The position numbers and the translations under genes were made by a program. 64,000 nucleotides of DNA from Candidatus Absconditabacterales bacterium (GTDB lineage: Bacteria > Patescibacteriota > Gracilibacteria > Absconditabacterales > Absconditicoccaceae). The notes below the pieces were generated by a model. The model was given only the letters and a program-made list of their open reading frames with translations. It was not told the origin of the DNA and did no database searches. Positions 23,453 through 35,600 of the stretch are shown here, one piece after another (position 1 is the stretch's first letter; the number at the start of each line of letters is the position of its first letter). The DNA is taken from the NCBI GenBank assembly GCA_041908765.1, contig JAYREU010000039.1, positions 7,618-71,617 on the forward strand, read 5' to 3'.

Positions 23453-26050
23453 ATGGGAGTTATGACAAACAAAAGTTTCACCTTTACCAAGGACTACCTC
23501 GATAGCATTGCGCAAGCAGGCTTGTTTACCTATCAAGCAGATCAGCAAGTGATCCAGGCTGATGATGTCGTGTTGTGAGTATATATGTACTCCAAAAACT
23601 ACATTTTCTTCAATTTGTTTTGGTCGTTTTTGGGATGCAAAAACCCTGAATTGCTCCAAAAATATATTAATACTACCTTCAAGACTATCAAGAAAGTGCC
23701 CGTGAGAGCTCGCATGAAATTTCAACTTACTGGCTTATTCAAGGATAAATTCCAATATTATAGAAAACAAGGAGTCAGCAAAGTAAACTTTCTTACCTTA
23801 CTCCTGATTGCGCTAGATGGTATTTCTCCCCAACTCATTCATTTTCTCAAACAAAATGAAGTTGAGGTAGAATACATGAAAGAAAAACTCAGAAAAATTC
23901 TTGAGATGACCTACAAAGCAGATCTCTCTCCGATTGATTTTTTCAAGATGCTCGACAATATGGTCAAGCAGCTCGGTTTGGATGTCAATCAAGTTGATAT
24001 GTTTGTAGATATGAAAAATTTTTCTGCGGACACACTTGCACAAGAGCTCATGATGGCAAACCCAGGAACTATTGATGGAAGCGAGGATGCTACCGTTGAT
24101 ACTATTGCAAACTCAACTGATGAAACCAAAAAATTAACCATAGAGTACTTTGGGACAGATCTCACAGATGAAGCTAAAAAAGGATTCTTGGATCCCGTGA
24201 TTGGGAGACAAATGGAAATTGAACAAATCGTCTATACCCTGTTGCGTAAGACCAAAAATAATCCGCTCTTGATCGGTGAAGCGGGTGTCGGTAAAACAGC
24301 CATAGTAGAGGGTTTGGCGCAAGCAGTGGTTGCAAAACGTGTCCCTGATAGATTACTCAACAAACGTATTTTCATGCTCGATATGGGATCTCTTTTGGCA
24401 GGCACCAAGTACAGAGGTGAATTTGAAGCAAGACTCAAAACTATTTTGGAAGAAGCAGCAGATCCTCTCAACAATATCATTTTGTTTATTGATGAAATCC
24501 ATACCATCATCGGTGCGTGAAATGCTGAAGGAAGTGCGGATGCAGCCAACATGCTCAAACCACTGCTCTCAAGAGGCAAAGTACAATTGATAGGAGCAAC
24601 TACCTTTGATGAATATCAAAAACATATCGAAAAAGATCCAGCACTCAAAAGAAGATTCCAAGAAATATCAGTTTCAGAGCCAAGTAGAGATGATGCGGTG
24701 ACTATCCTCACCGGACTCAAAGAAATGTTCGAAGAATTCCATGGAGTGCGTATCGAGCAAGAAGCAATCGAAAAAGCGGTAGACTACAGTATCAGATATC
24801 AGATGAATAAGCACTTGCCTGATAAGGCAATTGATCTCATCGATGAGGCATGTGCAAGAGTTTCTACCATTGCCAAAAAACTCGAGGCAAATGTGGAGTA
24901 CCAACAAATCGAAGAAGCGATCACGACTACCAAGAAAAAAATTGAACAAGCGATCGACAAACAAGATTATTTCGTAGCAGCAGAGCTCAAAGAAAAAGAA
25001 GAAGAACTCAAAAAGAAACTCAAGTCTTTGAGACAATCACAAGCATTGCCCAAGCATTTGAGACCGGTTGTTACGTTACTTGATATCGGACGTGTCTTGG
25101 CAGACAAAATGTGAATTCCTTTGGATAAGATTACTGACTCAGAGATCAAGAAACTCGCTGCTATGGATGCACATCTCAAGACCTTTATCCATGGACAAGA
25201 TGAGGCAGTAGATGCTGTGGTCAAAGCGATTAGAAGAAATAGAATCTCTCTTGTACAACGCAACAAACCTATTGCTTCTTTCTTGTTTCTCGGGCCATCA
25301 GGTGTGGGTAAGACATACCTTGCGAAACTCTTAGCCAAAGAATATTTCGGAGACGAGAAGGCAATGATTAGAGTTGATATGTCTGAGTTTATGGAAAAAT
25401 ATTCGGTTTCCAAATTGATTGGTTCAGCACCTGGATATGTAGGGTATGAAGAAGGTGGCGTACTCACTGAACAAGTGAGGAGAAAGCCTTATAGCGTAGT
25501 ACTGTTTGATGAAATTGAAAAAGCTTCTCCAGATGTACTCAACGTACTGCTTCAACTTTTGGACGAAGGACATCTCAAAGACAACAAAGGTAGATGGATC
25601 GACTTCAAACATACGATTATTATCCTGACCTCCAATATGTGATCAGATAAATTTGGCAAAAAACTTGCAAGCATCTGATTCGTTGGTGGTGATACTAAGA
25701 CCTATGACAACAAACAATTTGATCTCGTCAAAGAAAGAGTGATTGAAGATGTCAAAGCAAGACTAGCTCCTGAACTCGTCAATAGACTCAATGCCATGCT
25801 TGTCTTCAAACCATTGACCAAAGATGAATTAGGAGAAATTTTCAAAACCAAGCTAGACCTCTTCTATGATCAATGGAAACTCAGACCAGGTATTAGACTT
25901 CCCAAGTTTGACAAGAAACGTATCGCACAAGTGATCGACAAGATCTACGATCCTCAATACGGTGCGCGTCCTGTCGAAAGATATTTACATGACGAGCTCG
26001 AACCAGAATTGATTGAGCAAGTGATGAGTGAAGAGTTGAAGAAAGCATAG
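23453..26050 (+). CDS. clpC: ATP-dependent Clp protease ATP-binding subunit ClpC-like (class I AAA+)
   Basis: Two AAA+ modules (GEAGVGKTA; GPSGVGKT) with a short middle domain. TGA 24518-24520 restores the conserved GAG (IIGAGNAEG). KLASIGFVGG gives an IGF ClpP-binding loop only if TGA is Gly. Confidence 0.9.
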
Positions 26051-26066
26051 TGAATGAAGACGTTTT

Positions 26067-26099
26067 CAAAAGGGGCCCCGCTGCGCGGGGCCCCTTTTT
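26067..26099. terminator. bidirectional terminator (10-bp GC stem)
   Basis: A-run, ggggccccgc-tgc-gcggggcccc, then T-run, between two convergent genes. Confidence 0.75.
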
Positions 26100-26128
26100 G
26101 TATTATTTTTTTATATGCACGTCATTGT

Positions 26129-27385
26129 TTACTCGTACACTACTGGTCACTCAATCGTATTCTCCTCTATATTGAGTTGTGCGATTGCATCACTTCCAGG
26201 TTCATCACTACTGAAACTGATAGCTCATGATAAGAAATCTTCAAACAAAAGTTGTGCAGACTCTGGTGATCATGGAGTGAGTTGTGGAGTGGTAGTAATC
26301 AATCGGTATGTAGTAGTTGCAGATTGTAGTTGTCCATAACTTCCTTGGCTACTGAGATCAAAGACGACACTATCTCCATCAATACTTCCTGCAATGGCAC
26401 TCATTGCTGTTCAGAGACGTTTGAGCATGAGCGTAGGTTTGATTTGTTGTGTTACGGTACCATCATTGACCCCTAGACGTAGTGTTTGGAGTTTGAGATT
26501 ACTCTTGATAGAAGTAGTCTCTCGGGTGTTGTTTCGTGCGGGAGTTGTCAGAGCAAGAATGCCTAGATTGATCGTACCATCGATGAGATGTGTATCACGT
26601 TTGCGTTGCAACGCCTCATCTACAAATGTGATACTTTCTAGCAAGACTGGGCTGATGGTCAGGAGATCGCTCGTATGTCTTTGTGAAGATGCGTAGGCAG
26701 TTTTATTCGTAGAGGAAATGAGACGAGTTGGCGAGAAAGTGAGTGATATATTGCTTACTTGGTGAGCAGTGCTGTCGTTGTTGATTGCTTTGGGAAGTAC
26801 GGTTACCCAAAAAGTGTTTTGCCCTTGAGGTAGTCTTCGTGCAAGATCATTGAGTTCTACGCTTTCGGTAGTCGTTGGGATAGTATGAATGCGTTTTCCT
26901 TGGGCATCATAGATATAGATTGCCTCGAAATAGTCCCCCAAAGAACGTGTCCCCGTGATCACGAAGGTATCGATCAAAATTGCCTCGTTTTGAGCTATAT
27001 AGCTTAGTTTAGCGATAATTGGAGACTCTACACCCGCTAAGAGTGTTTTTGGTCCAGTTTCATAAGTAGTGGTATCTTGCGAGAGATAATGGTTAGTTTC
27101 AGGAACAGTAACTGGTGGATCTCGTTCACCGACCAAGGTTATGAGATGCATAAGCGCAGCCTTGAGCATACTGTCCTGGGTAGTTTGGAGATAGATGTTT
27201 GCTTTGGTAAGGACAAGACCCTTTTTTTCAGTGGTCCAGTCGTCCTGATGAAGTGATTGATAGCTGGTAAATGCAACATCCACGAGAGCATTGAGTTGAG
27301 TTTGTGATGTAACAGGCAAAACTACCGCCAAAGCAACGGATATATGGCTTATCATAGCCAATACGAAAATCATGAGATGTTTCAT
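26129..27385 (-). CDS. hypothetical secreted protein
   Basis: Signal peptide MKHLMIFVLAMISHISVALA. Track ORF 26411-27475 extends through TGA=Gly to TAA at 26129. Confidence 0.55.
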
Positions 27386-27530
27386 TTTAGAGGTTGAGAC
27401 AAATAAAGTTTGTTCTTTACCGTATATTCGACTAAGCAAGCATTCTGTGACAAAAAAGTCACCAAATATTTGCATATTTTTTCATTTTTTCCTACAATTG
27501 AGTATTGTTATTTTACTTTGCACCTTGGCC

Positions 27531-27998
27531 ATGGAAATTACTGCTCGCGCATTCTTGTTTGATGAAGACGAACGTATCTTGTTGGTAAAACATGCTGCTG
27601 GACAGCCATGGGTGCTTCCTGGTGGGCATCTCGACGAGGATGACGAGGGTGATATCTATACATGTCTCAAAAGAGAGATTGCAGAAGAAGTAGGCCTCGA
27701 AGTGACTATCATTGGTTCTGAAACGAAGTTCTCAGACCGCAATGTGAGCGCTTTGCCTTTGCCGGTCAGTATTCACAGAGTCAAATACGAGCATAGAAAT
27801 AGAGGCGAGATTGAAAGAATTGAATACTGGTTTTTCGGTCGCGTATTTGGTGATATCGATGAGATCGATACCGCAGAACTCTATGACTTTACCTGGGCAA
27901 CAGAGGCAGAGATTATGGATATGGAAGAAAATGTAGAAATCTACAAATCCATCCAAGAAGTCCTCGAACAAAACATCGACCTCCTCGAACTTTTATAG
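27531..27998 (+). CDS. Nudix hydrolase
   Basis: Nudix box GGHLDEDDEGDIYTCLKREIAEEVGL. Confidence 0.8.
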   Translation: MEITARAFLFDEDERILLVKHAAGQPWVLPGGHLDEDDEGDIYTCLKREIAEEVGLEVTIIGSETKFSDRNVSALPLPVSIHRVKYEHRNRGEIERIEYWFFGRVFGDIDEIDTAELYDFTWATEAEIMDMEENVEIYKSIQEVLEQNIDLLELL

Positions 27999-28010
27999 TT
28001 CATCTTAGTG

Positions 28011-28038
28011 TTGACATTTCCTCATAAATAAATATAAA
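28011..28038 (+). promoter_or_regulatory. candidate promoter (TTGACA-16-TATAAA) upstream of icd
   Basis: ttgaca at 28011 and tataaa at 28033. A hairpin (gacgccctccgaggcgt) follows. Confidence 0.35.
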
Positions 28039-28088
28039 ACAGACGCCCTCCGAGGCGTTTTCGTTAACAATCAAAAAAAATTAGTAAT

Positions 28089-29357
28089 ATGATAAGAAAA
28101 TTGGATAAACCAACAGTCATTCCTTATTTGGTAGGGATGGGTATTGGTAAGGATTTTGTGGATCCTGTGGTGAAGCTCATCAATCGTCTTCATGCATACT
28201 ATTATGGTGATGAACCGATTTGGGAGATCAATCACTTCACAACAGATGAGATGACCGCTGAGAACTACCGTGATAAGATGTCTTCAGTCATTCATTTCGT
28301 CCGTGATCACGGTTATGCTATCAAAGGTCCCTTTGAGATAGCTCCGGAGTTGCCGTCTATCAATGTCTACTTACGCAAACAATTAGACTTGTATGCCTGC
28401 GTACGCCCGGTGGAATACTTCCCAGGAGCACCTTCTCCGATGAAACACCCTGAGAACGTCAATGTGACGATCTTCAGAGAGAATACCGAGGATATTTATG
28501 CTGGGATCGGTTTCTTGCCAGGAAGTGATGAGGCTATTAAATTTGAATCATTCCTGGTCAATGAACTTGGTCTGCGGGAAAAATTCAGAGCCAAAGATGC
28601 AGGATTTGCGATTAAATTCGCCTCGCCCAAAGCGACGCAACGCATAACCAAAGCAGCCATCGATTATGCTATTAAAAATGGTAACAAACATGTCACCATA
28701 ATTGCGAAGCACAACATAGACAAAGCAGTCGAAGCGTTCTTTCGTACATGGGCATTTGAGTATGCTGATCGTGAGTATGTGGGTAAAGTTTTCACCACCT
28801 CCACCTACGAAGCGATCAAAAAGCTTACCGGCAAAGAAGACGCTGATGAAGCTTTGGAAGAAGCTAAAAAAGCTGGCAAAATCATTGTCGATAGTTTAAT
28901 TACTGACAATGCTTTTCAGCAATTATTGCTACATCCTGAACGCTACGAAGTGTTGGTTTCCACCAACATGACCGGTGATTACTTGTCAGACTTCATGGCT
29001 GCACAGGTTGGTGGCTTAGGTATAGCTCCTGGAGCTAATATCAACTACGAGAGTGGCGTTGCTATATTTGAGGCAACCCATGGTACAGCACCTGATATTG
29101 CTGGCATGGGGAACGCAAATCCCTCATCAGTGTTGTTATCATTTGAGATGCTGTTCGATTATCTTGGTCTGCATGAATTGGCAGAGGCATTGCGTAGAGG
29201 TATTTCTATCTCGATCGCCAACAACTTCACCACAGGTGATCTGTATCGAGCTGATGAAGGAGGTGTTGGTCCATTGAACACAGCGCAATACTGTGCAACA
29301 GTAGGAGAGATGGCCATCCATGGAATTCGTGGGAAAGTGTTCTTTTCTGCGAAATAA
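28089..29357 (+). CDS. icd: isocitrate dehydrogenase (isocitrate/isopropylmalate dehydrogenase family)
   Basis: 422 aa with FRENTEDIYAGI, MTGDYLSD and EATHGTAPDIAG. Confidence 0.85.
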   Translation: MIRKLDKPTVIPYLVGMGIGKDFVDPVVKLINRLHAYYYGDEPIWEINHFTTDEMTAENYRDKMSSVIHFVRDHGYAIKGPFEIAPELPSINVYLRKQLDLYACVRPVEYFPGAPSPMKHPENVNVTIFRENTEDIYAGIGFLPGSDEAIKFESFLVNELGLREKFRAKDAGFAIKFASPKATQRITKAAIDYAIKNGNKHVTIIAKHNIDKAVEAFFRTWAFEYADREYVGKVFTTSTYEAIKKLTGKEDADEALEEAKKAGKIIVDSLITDNAFQQLLLHPERYEVLVSTNMTGDYLSDFMAAQVGGLGIAPGANINYESGVAIFEATHGTAPDIAGMGNANPSSVLLSFEMLFDYLGLHELAEALRRGISISIANNFTTGDLYRADEGGVGPLNTAQYCATVGEMAIHGIRGKVFFSAK

Positions 29358-29376
29358 TAAGATAACGTTTTTCAAC

Positions 29377-29406
29377 GGGCTGGGGATTCCCCAGCCCTTT
29401 TTTTTA
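29377..29406 (+). terminator. rho-independent terminator after icd
   Basis: gggctgggg-att-ccccagccc followed by a T-run. Confidence 0.75.
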
Positions 29407-29579
29407 ATTTCGCCCTCTAAAAAAATCTCGTTAGAGAATTTTTTTAGAAGTAAGAATTATCCCGCACGTCTGGTGCGGGATTCGTGTATAATAATAAATG
29501 CCTCGTTAAAGAATCTTTTTGTTGCAAAACTTTCGATTTTCCCTATAGAGAAGCCAGCGTTTAGCATCTATTTTTCACT

Positions 29580-31130
29580 ATGCACAATTTGGAAAGTATC
29601 GTGGCACGAGCCAAGAGAAGAGGATTTGTCTATCCAGGATCAGATATCTATGGTGGCTTGGCGAATGCACGAGATTATGGTCCGTACGGCAGCCAACTCA
29701 AAAAGAATATAGCCGATCTGCGGTGGAAGACCTTTGTGCAAAGCAGACAGGATATGGTGTGACTCGATGCACAGATTCTCATGCATCCGAGAGTGTGGGA
29801 GACCAGTGGACACGTAGGTGGATTCAATGATCCATTGATTGATTGCAAAAGATGCAAAACGAGAATGAGAGCAGACAAACTTATCGATACACTTATTTTC
29901 CATCATCTCACCAATGAGAAGTGACGAGCAGAGAGAGCAAAAGAAATTGGTAAAGAATCTTTGTCTACCAAGGAACGCGAAAGTATTATCTTACAAATTT
30001 TACATGCGAGAGGTATTCATGTGAACAACCTCATTGCTGATTCACGACCACTCGAACAACAAGAACAGTTTATCAAAACCTATCATATCGAAGACTGGCT
30101 CAAAGACGGCAACCTCAAACACAAAGTCATTGTCTGTCCCAACTGTGGCGCAACTGATTGGTCCGAGGTACGTACGTTTTCTCTCATGTTCTCTACCCAT
30201 CAAGGCGTTATTCAAGATGATGCTAACAAGATCTGGCTCAGACCGGAGACGGCGCAGGGCATGTTTGTCAACTTCAAAAATATTATAGATACGATGAGGG
30301 TGCGTCTCCCATTTGGTATTGGACAGATCGGGAAGGCATTCCGCAATGAGATCACCCCAGGTAATTTCTTATATAGAACGAGAGAATTCGAACAAATGGA
30401 GATTGAATATTTCGTAGCACCTGAAGAGGAGGTTGCCCTCGCATCTATAGAAAAATGGAAACAGGACTCTCGACACTGGTGGACAGAAGTAGTCAAGATC
30501 TCGACAGAAAATTTGAGACGAAGAACACATGAAGCTGATGAGTTATCGCACTATAGTAGAGGTACTTGGGATGTAGAATTTTTATATCCGTGGTGATGGG
30601 GAGAGTTGCAGGGACTAGCCTACAGGACCGACTTTGATCTCAAAGCGCATCAGACAGCATCAGGTAAAGATTTCCAATATCATGATCCAATCTCTGGCAA
30701 AAGATTTGTACCGCATGTCATTGAGCCCTCATTTGGTCTGAGTAGAATGGTTTTGGCGATCATGCTCAACTGCTATGCCGAAGAGACGTACACCGATGGT
30801 CAAGGTAACGAACAAACCAGGACGGTAGTCAAATTCCCCAAGGAAATAGCTCCCGTAAGATGCGCGATCATCCCATTGATCAAAAAAGATCAAGGCATGC
30901 TCGACCTAGCAAGCAAGCTCTATACCGACCTGTCTCAACACTTCCCGTGTGAATACGACGACTCAGGCAATATCGGTAAGTGCTATCGTAGACAAGATGA
31001 GATTGGTACGCCCTTTTGCATCACTATCGACCACCAGTCACTTGCAGATGGTACGGTGACGCTGAGACTGAGAGATGATATGAGTCAGTCGAGAGTTGCA
31101 GGTGAAAATATTATGTCATTGATCTCATAA
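29580..31130 (+). CDS. glyQS: glycine--tRNA ligase (dimeric class II type)
   Basis: [30 protein letters not shown] and FEQMEIEYF. Three track fragments in one frame are joined by TGA=Gly. Confidence 0.9.
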
Positions 31131-31132
31131 GG

Positions 31133-31283
31133 AAGCTCTGAAAAATTGAATTTTTACGTATTTTTCTAGCGTAACTTGTTTTGTCAAACGCCCCGAAAAG
31201 CCAGTTCATAACGCTTCCTTGACGAACCTCTTCAGTCGTCTCTAAAAGTACGCAAGCGAACTTTTAGGACTTTTTCAGAGGTT
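31133..31283 (+). ncRNA. roughly 150-nt structured repeat, copy 2 (candidate ncRNA or MITE)
   Basis: Starts 3 nt after the glyQS stop codon. The closing stem is ctctgaaaaa/tttttcagag and the internal hairpin is ctaaaagt...acttttag. Homologous to the reverse complement of 22929-23078. Confidence 0.5.
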
Positions 31284-31304
31284 CCATAAATTTTATACGC
31301 TTCT

Positions 31305-31330
31305 ACCCAACCTAAAACGTCCTTCAGCAG
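31305..31330 (+). terminator. rho-independent terminator
   Basis: aacgtcc-ttcagca-gggcgtt followed by a T-run. Confidence 0.55.
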
Positions 31331-31437
31331 GGCGTTTTTTGTGCAAAAAAAAGTAGCAGATTCATGCGAAAAAATTTGCATTATACTCTATAAAGACTAT
31401 ACAGTCAGGGACGAACTTTATTTTTTCTGTTTTCGCC

Positions 31438-32580
31438 ATGCAAAAAAGTTTTTTTGTTCTCACGATGTTACTTTTGGGTAGTCGGGGAGTAGCATTTGCT
31501 GATCCACAAACTATTATTGCTGCTCGTGAACAACAGTTGGGAATTGCGAATACAGACATGTATACTTTTATTCAATGAAGAGATATACTAGCAACAATTG
31601 AAGAACAATGCGCTTTTGAGGCCATTGAATTAGCATTGCAGTACGAAGATACCATTCAAGATAAGCTTACTGATTATTATAATGCACGATCATCTGCTGA
31701 CGTTCTCGCTCACTCATGGGATATTTATGAGCACATCAATCGTGTGCAGGATGATATCCGCAACTATTCTCCCAAAAACTACTGTGCATTGAAGCATATT
31801 TTCTATAGAACACAAGATTTTTTGAGAGATAAACATATGGCGGTGTTGGAAGATACAGGTATCATGAAAGATTTCGAAGGATTCAGCGATCTAATTTATG
31901 GCTACCAGACCAAGCTTGAGTACTTAGATGCATTGATAGAACGTAATCAAAAATATCCCGGACTTTTGGGTACCAAATTAGTCTTTACCTATCTCAATGG
32001 TGACTTCAAGCAAGACCTCTCTAATGGGGAGCGCGAACTGTTGGATCGTATACAGGCACTGATGGAAGTGATGGTCGCCGAAGCATTGTATAGTCTCTTG
32101 CAGGAGTGAGTCTTTACACAGGCTGATATTGATATTCTCAAAAACAAAGTAACATTCCAATTTGTAGAAAGTTGTGATGTATTTCATGGCAAATATGAAA
32201 TCAAAGAGACACTTACTTCCCAGTGAGAGCACGTCAAGTATGATACGGAACAACTCTTACTCAAAATCAACTATTGTACCAATTTCTTTGTGTTGAGAGA
32301 TCTAGAACATATCTTCCAAAAGATCATTACGCATGAATTAGCACATCACTTTTATTACTATCATGACATGGATGTGGATGCGTTCCACGATATATGTTGG
32401 GTTGATGAAGATACCAAAAATGGTCAATGTAAATCAAGTGACTATGTATCAGAATATGCACAAACGCTAGCGGTAGAAGACTATGCTGAGCAATTTATGC
32501 ATCGATTCTTGGGCATTATCCCTGTCAAGAATACAATCATCAATCAGAAAACCGCCCACTTTTCACAAATGATAAAATAA
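31438..32580 (+). CDS. secreted protein with HExxH zinc-metallopeptidase motif
   Basis: Signal peptide MQKSFFVLTMLLLGSRGVAFA and ITHELAHHFYYYHD near the C-terminus. Three fragments are joined by TGA=Gly. Confidence 0.55.
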
Positions 32581-32617
32581 GATTCCTTATTCACTTTATT
32601 CATCCCAACTCCTCTCT

Positions 32618-35600
32618 ATGAAAAACTTTGTACTTACCATCAAGTCTTATTGCTTGCATTACCGCTATATAGTGGTGAGTTTTTTTGTTCTAAGTATACT
32701 TGGCCGAAGTAGTTGACTACCTTATAGAGAGGTAGTGTTTGCACAAGCACCCAATCAATGCATCCAGGATGTTGCCAAGTTTCAAGAGTGTATTGCATCG
32801 GGTATGAGTAAAAGATACTGTACCTATCTCCACACAGACAAATCATGCCTAGCTACACAACCAGAGGCAGCTGCACTTTCTACAGAAGCAAGTCCCTATG
32901 TGGAGCAGTTAGTCGATCAAGGATTTGATCCGTATTGGATTGAAGTGGAACTCAAGGAGAAAGATAAAAGAATTCTCCAAGACTTTGATCACCAAACACA
33001 AGATGTAGCAACCTATGCAGACAAACTAGCGAGAGTTGCGGATGCTGCAGAGACGAGTATTCTATGAGTCACTTTTCGTAATTCTACCTCCAGAGTAAAT
33101 ACTTATTTCGCAGATGCTGCCAAACTCTATCAGCTTGATCACGTCGAAAATATTACCGCCTACTGGAAAAAATATAGCGACAATATAAATGCTAACGTCT
33201 ATCAAATTCGTGTCGATGACCCAGCGGATATCGAGGCTATCAAGCAAGACCTGGAGGCACTGGATGATGTAGCTGAGGTGCGTGTGCTTCCGCAGTATGA
33301 AACCTTTGTCGTTCCCAATGATCCGCATTTTTCTTCGAAGTTACGACATTTGAAATGAGGTGCATGAGTCAATGCAGTCGAGGCATGGGATCAACTCCAA
33401 GGACAGACTATTACCCCGGTGGTATGTTCAGCTTCTGATAGCGAATTTACCAAAGGCCACGAAGATCTAGTAGGGAATATTGATTATGCAGATGCAGGTC
33501 AGGATGGTCCTACGCATGGGACGCATGTAGCTGGTATTATGCTCGGCGTGACCGACAATACCAAAGGTATTTCTGCAGTTTCGTACAACGCATGTAGAGG
33601 TAAATTGTATGTTGGCTTGTGAACATGGCCTTCCAACCTTCAAAAAGCGCATGCGGCATGAGCAAAGGTATTCAATATGTCTCTGGGTATTCCCAACAAA
33701 TGATGTGGCGTCCCTTATGCAACCTACAAGAGCAAATATTTCAGCGCAAACGAACAAGCAATTATCGATGCAGCTACAGCTGCAGGTGTCACGGTGGTAG
33801 CAGCAGCAGGCAATGATGGTTGCAGCTTTTCATCTTATCCAGCGCTTTATGAAAATGTTATTTCTGTAGTTGCTTTGGACCAAGGCGGTAACAAAGCAAG
33901 TTTTTCAAACTATGGACAAGGTACCGACGTAGGTGCACCGGGAGTAAATATATATTCTACGTGGCCAGGAGGATACAAAGATGCAAGTGGTACGTCTATG
34001 GCAACTCCATTGGTTGCTTCGTTAGTTGGTTTGCTCAAAGCACTCAAGCCAACATTAACTACTGCTGAAGTACTCAAGATTTTGCAAGAAACGGCTGGCG
34101 CGCAATTCAAAGTCGATGCATGTAAAGCAGTCGCCAAAGTATTGGGTAAGTGATATCAGTGTACCTGATCAGGAGGTGGAGGTGGTGGAAACACCATTGG
34201 GGGAAGTACTACTGCGTGAAGTACGAGTGCATGAAGTACAAGTGCATGAAGTACGAGCGCATGAAGTACGAGCGCATGAAGTACAAGCGCATGAAGTACA
34301 AGCGCATGAAGTACAAGTGCATGAAGTACAAGTGCATGAAGTACAAGTGCAGGATCAACCAGTGCTGGTAGCAATGGCGGATCAAATGGTGGAGGTATTA
34401 GTTGTTCAAATGGTATTAGAGATACCAATGAAACAGATGTAGACTGTGGAGGAACCTATTGCCCACTTTGTCAGGAGTGACAAAGATGTAATGTTGGCTG
34501 GGATTGTGATACACAGTATTGTGATATTTGACAACAGGGTTGAAATAATGGTGGAAATAATTGAAATACGAATTGAAACACAAATTGAAGCACCAACGGA
34601 GGAGGTAGTTTGCCTCCAAGCAAGGATCTAACCTTTTCGTATGCAAATGGATCTACACAAAAACTGAGCACACTCTTCAACTGACATCCCTATATTTTTG
34701 TAGATTTCTCAGCATCACGATGTGGGTATTGTGTGCAAGGAGCTAAGACGCACAATGCATTGTTCCAATGACGAAATGATAATGGGAGTTGTGCCTTTGC
34801 TGCAATAGTTGCAGACGGAGATCTTTGAGCACGACAGGGAAGTATAGCATGAGCACCATTTGTAAGCGCAAACTCAGTATTTGCAAAATGAGATGGCTTG
34901 GCGAAGGTAATTGCGAAACTCTGAGGTAGTTCTGGCGGTATTCCATATTACGTTATATTTGATCAAAACGGAAATATTATCCAACAGCAACATGGGTATT
35001 CTTCATCGATGCCGCAATTTGATAGCATTTGTGGTCAAAAAAATAACGGAGGTACTAATTGAGGTACCAATGCTTGAAATAATAATAGTGGAAACAATAA
35101 TTGAGGTACCAATTGAACCAATAACGGCTGAAATAGTGCCTGAGGAAATTCTTTGTCTGATGCAGCAAAAAAAATCAAACTTACCTTCAATGGTGGTGTC
35201 ACTAAAACTTTAGACGATGTGCATCAGAATCAATATCTACTTCTTGATATAGGAGATTCAAACTGTGGTCAATGTGTAGTTGGTGCAGAAAAACATAATG
35301 AACTCTTTCAAAAGCGAACTAATGATGGGAATTGTCAGTTGTTAACTGTCACTAAAGATGGCGATCTGCCTGCTTGGGTTGGCAAAATTTGAGCTGCTCC
35401 TTTTGTACAAAAATGGTCTGCTTACGTGACAGATGGTTTATACAAACTTATGTGAGCACTCAATATTCCTTGAACGGTTTTGCCGTATTATGCACTTGTT
35501 GATAGTAAATGACAAATTGTTATCGACCAGCAAGGGTGGTCTGATCTTGAAAAGAATTTTGCATCATACTGTGATGCACAGTGAGGGACTAATGGAGGAA

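Noticed and set aside
34116-34442. Three overlapping repetitive ORFs in the track (HEVQVHEV..., YKCMKYK..., and the antisense [10 protein letters not shown]...).
   Set aside because: They are artefacts of the 15-nt tandem repeat, which is open in every frame. The only frame continuous with the flanking S8 protease and Cys-rich domains is frame 2, (GSTSA)n, with TGA=Gly.
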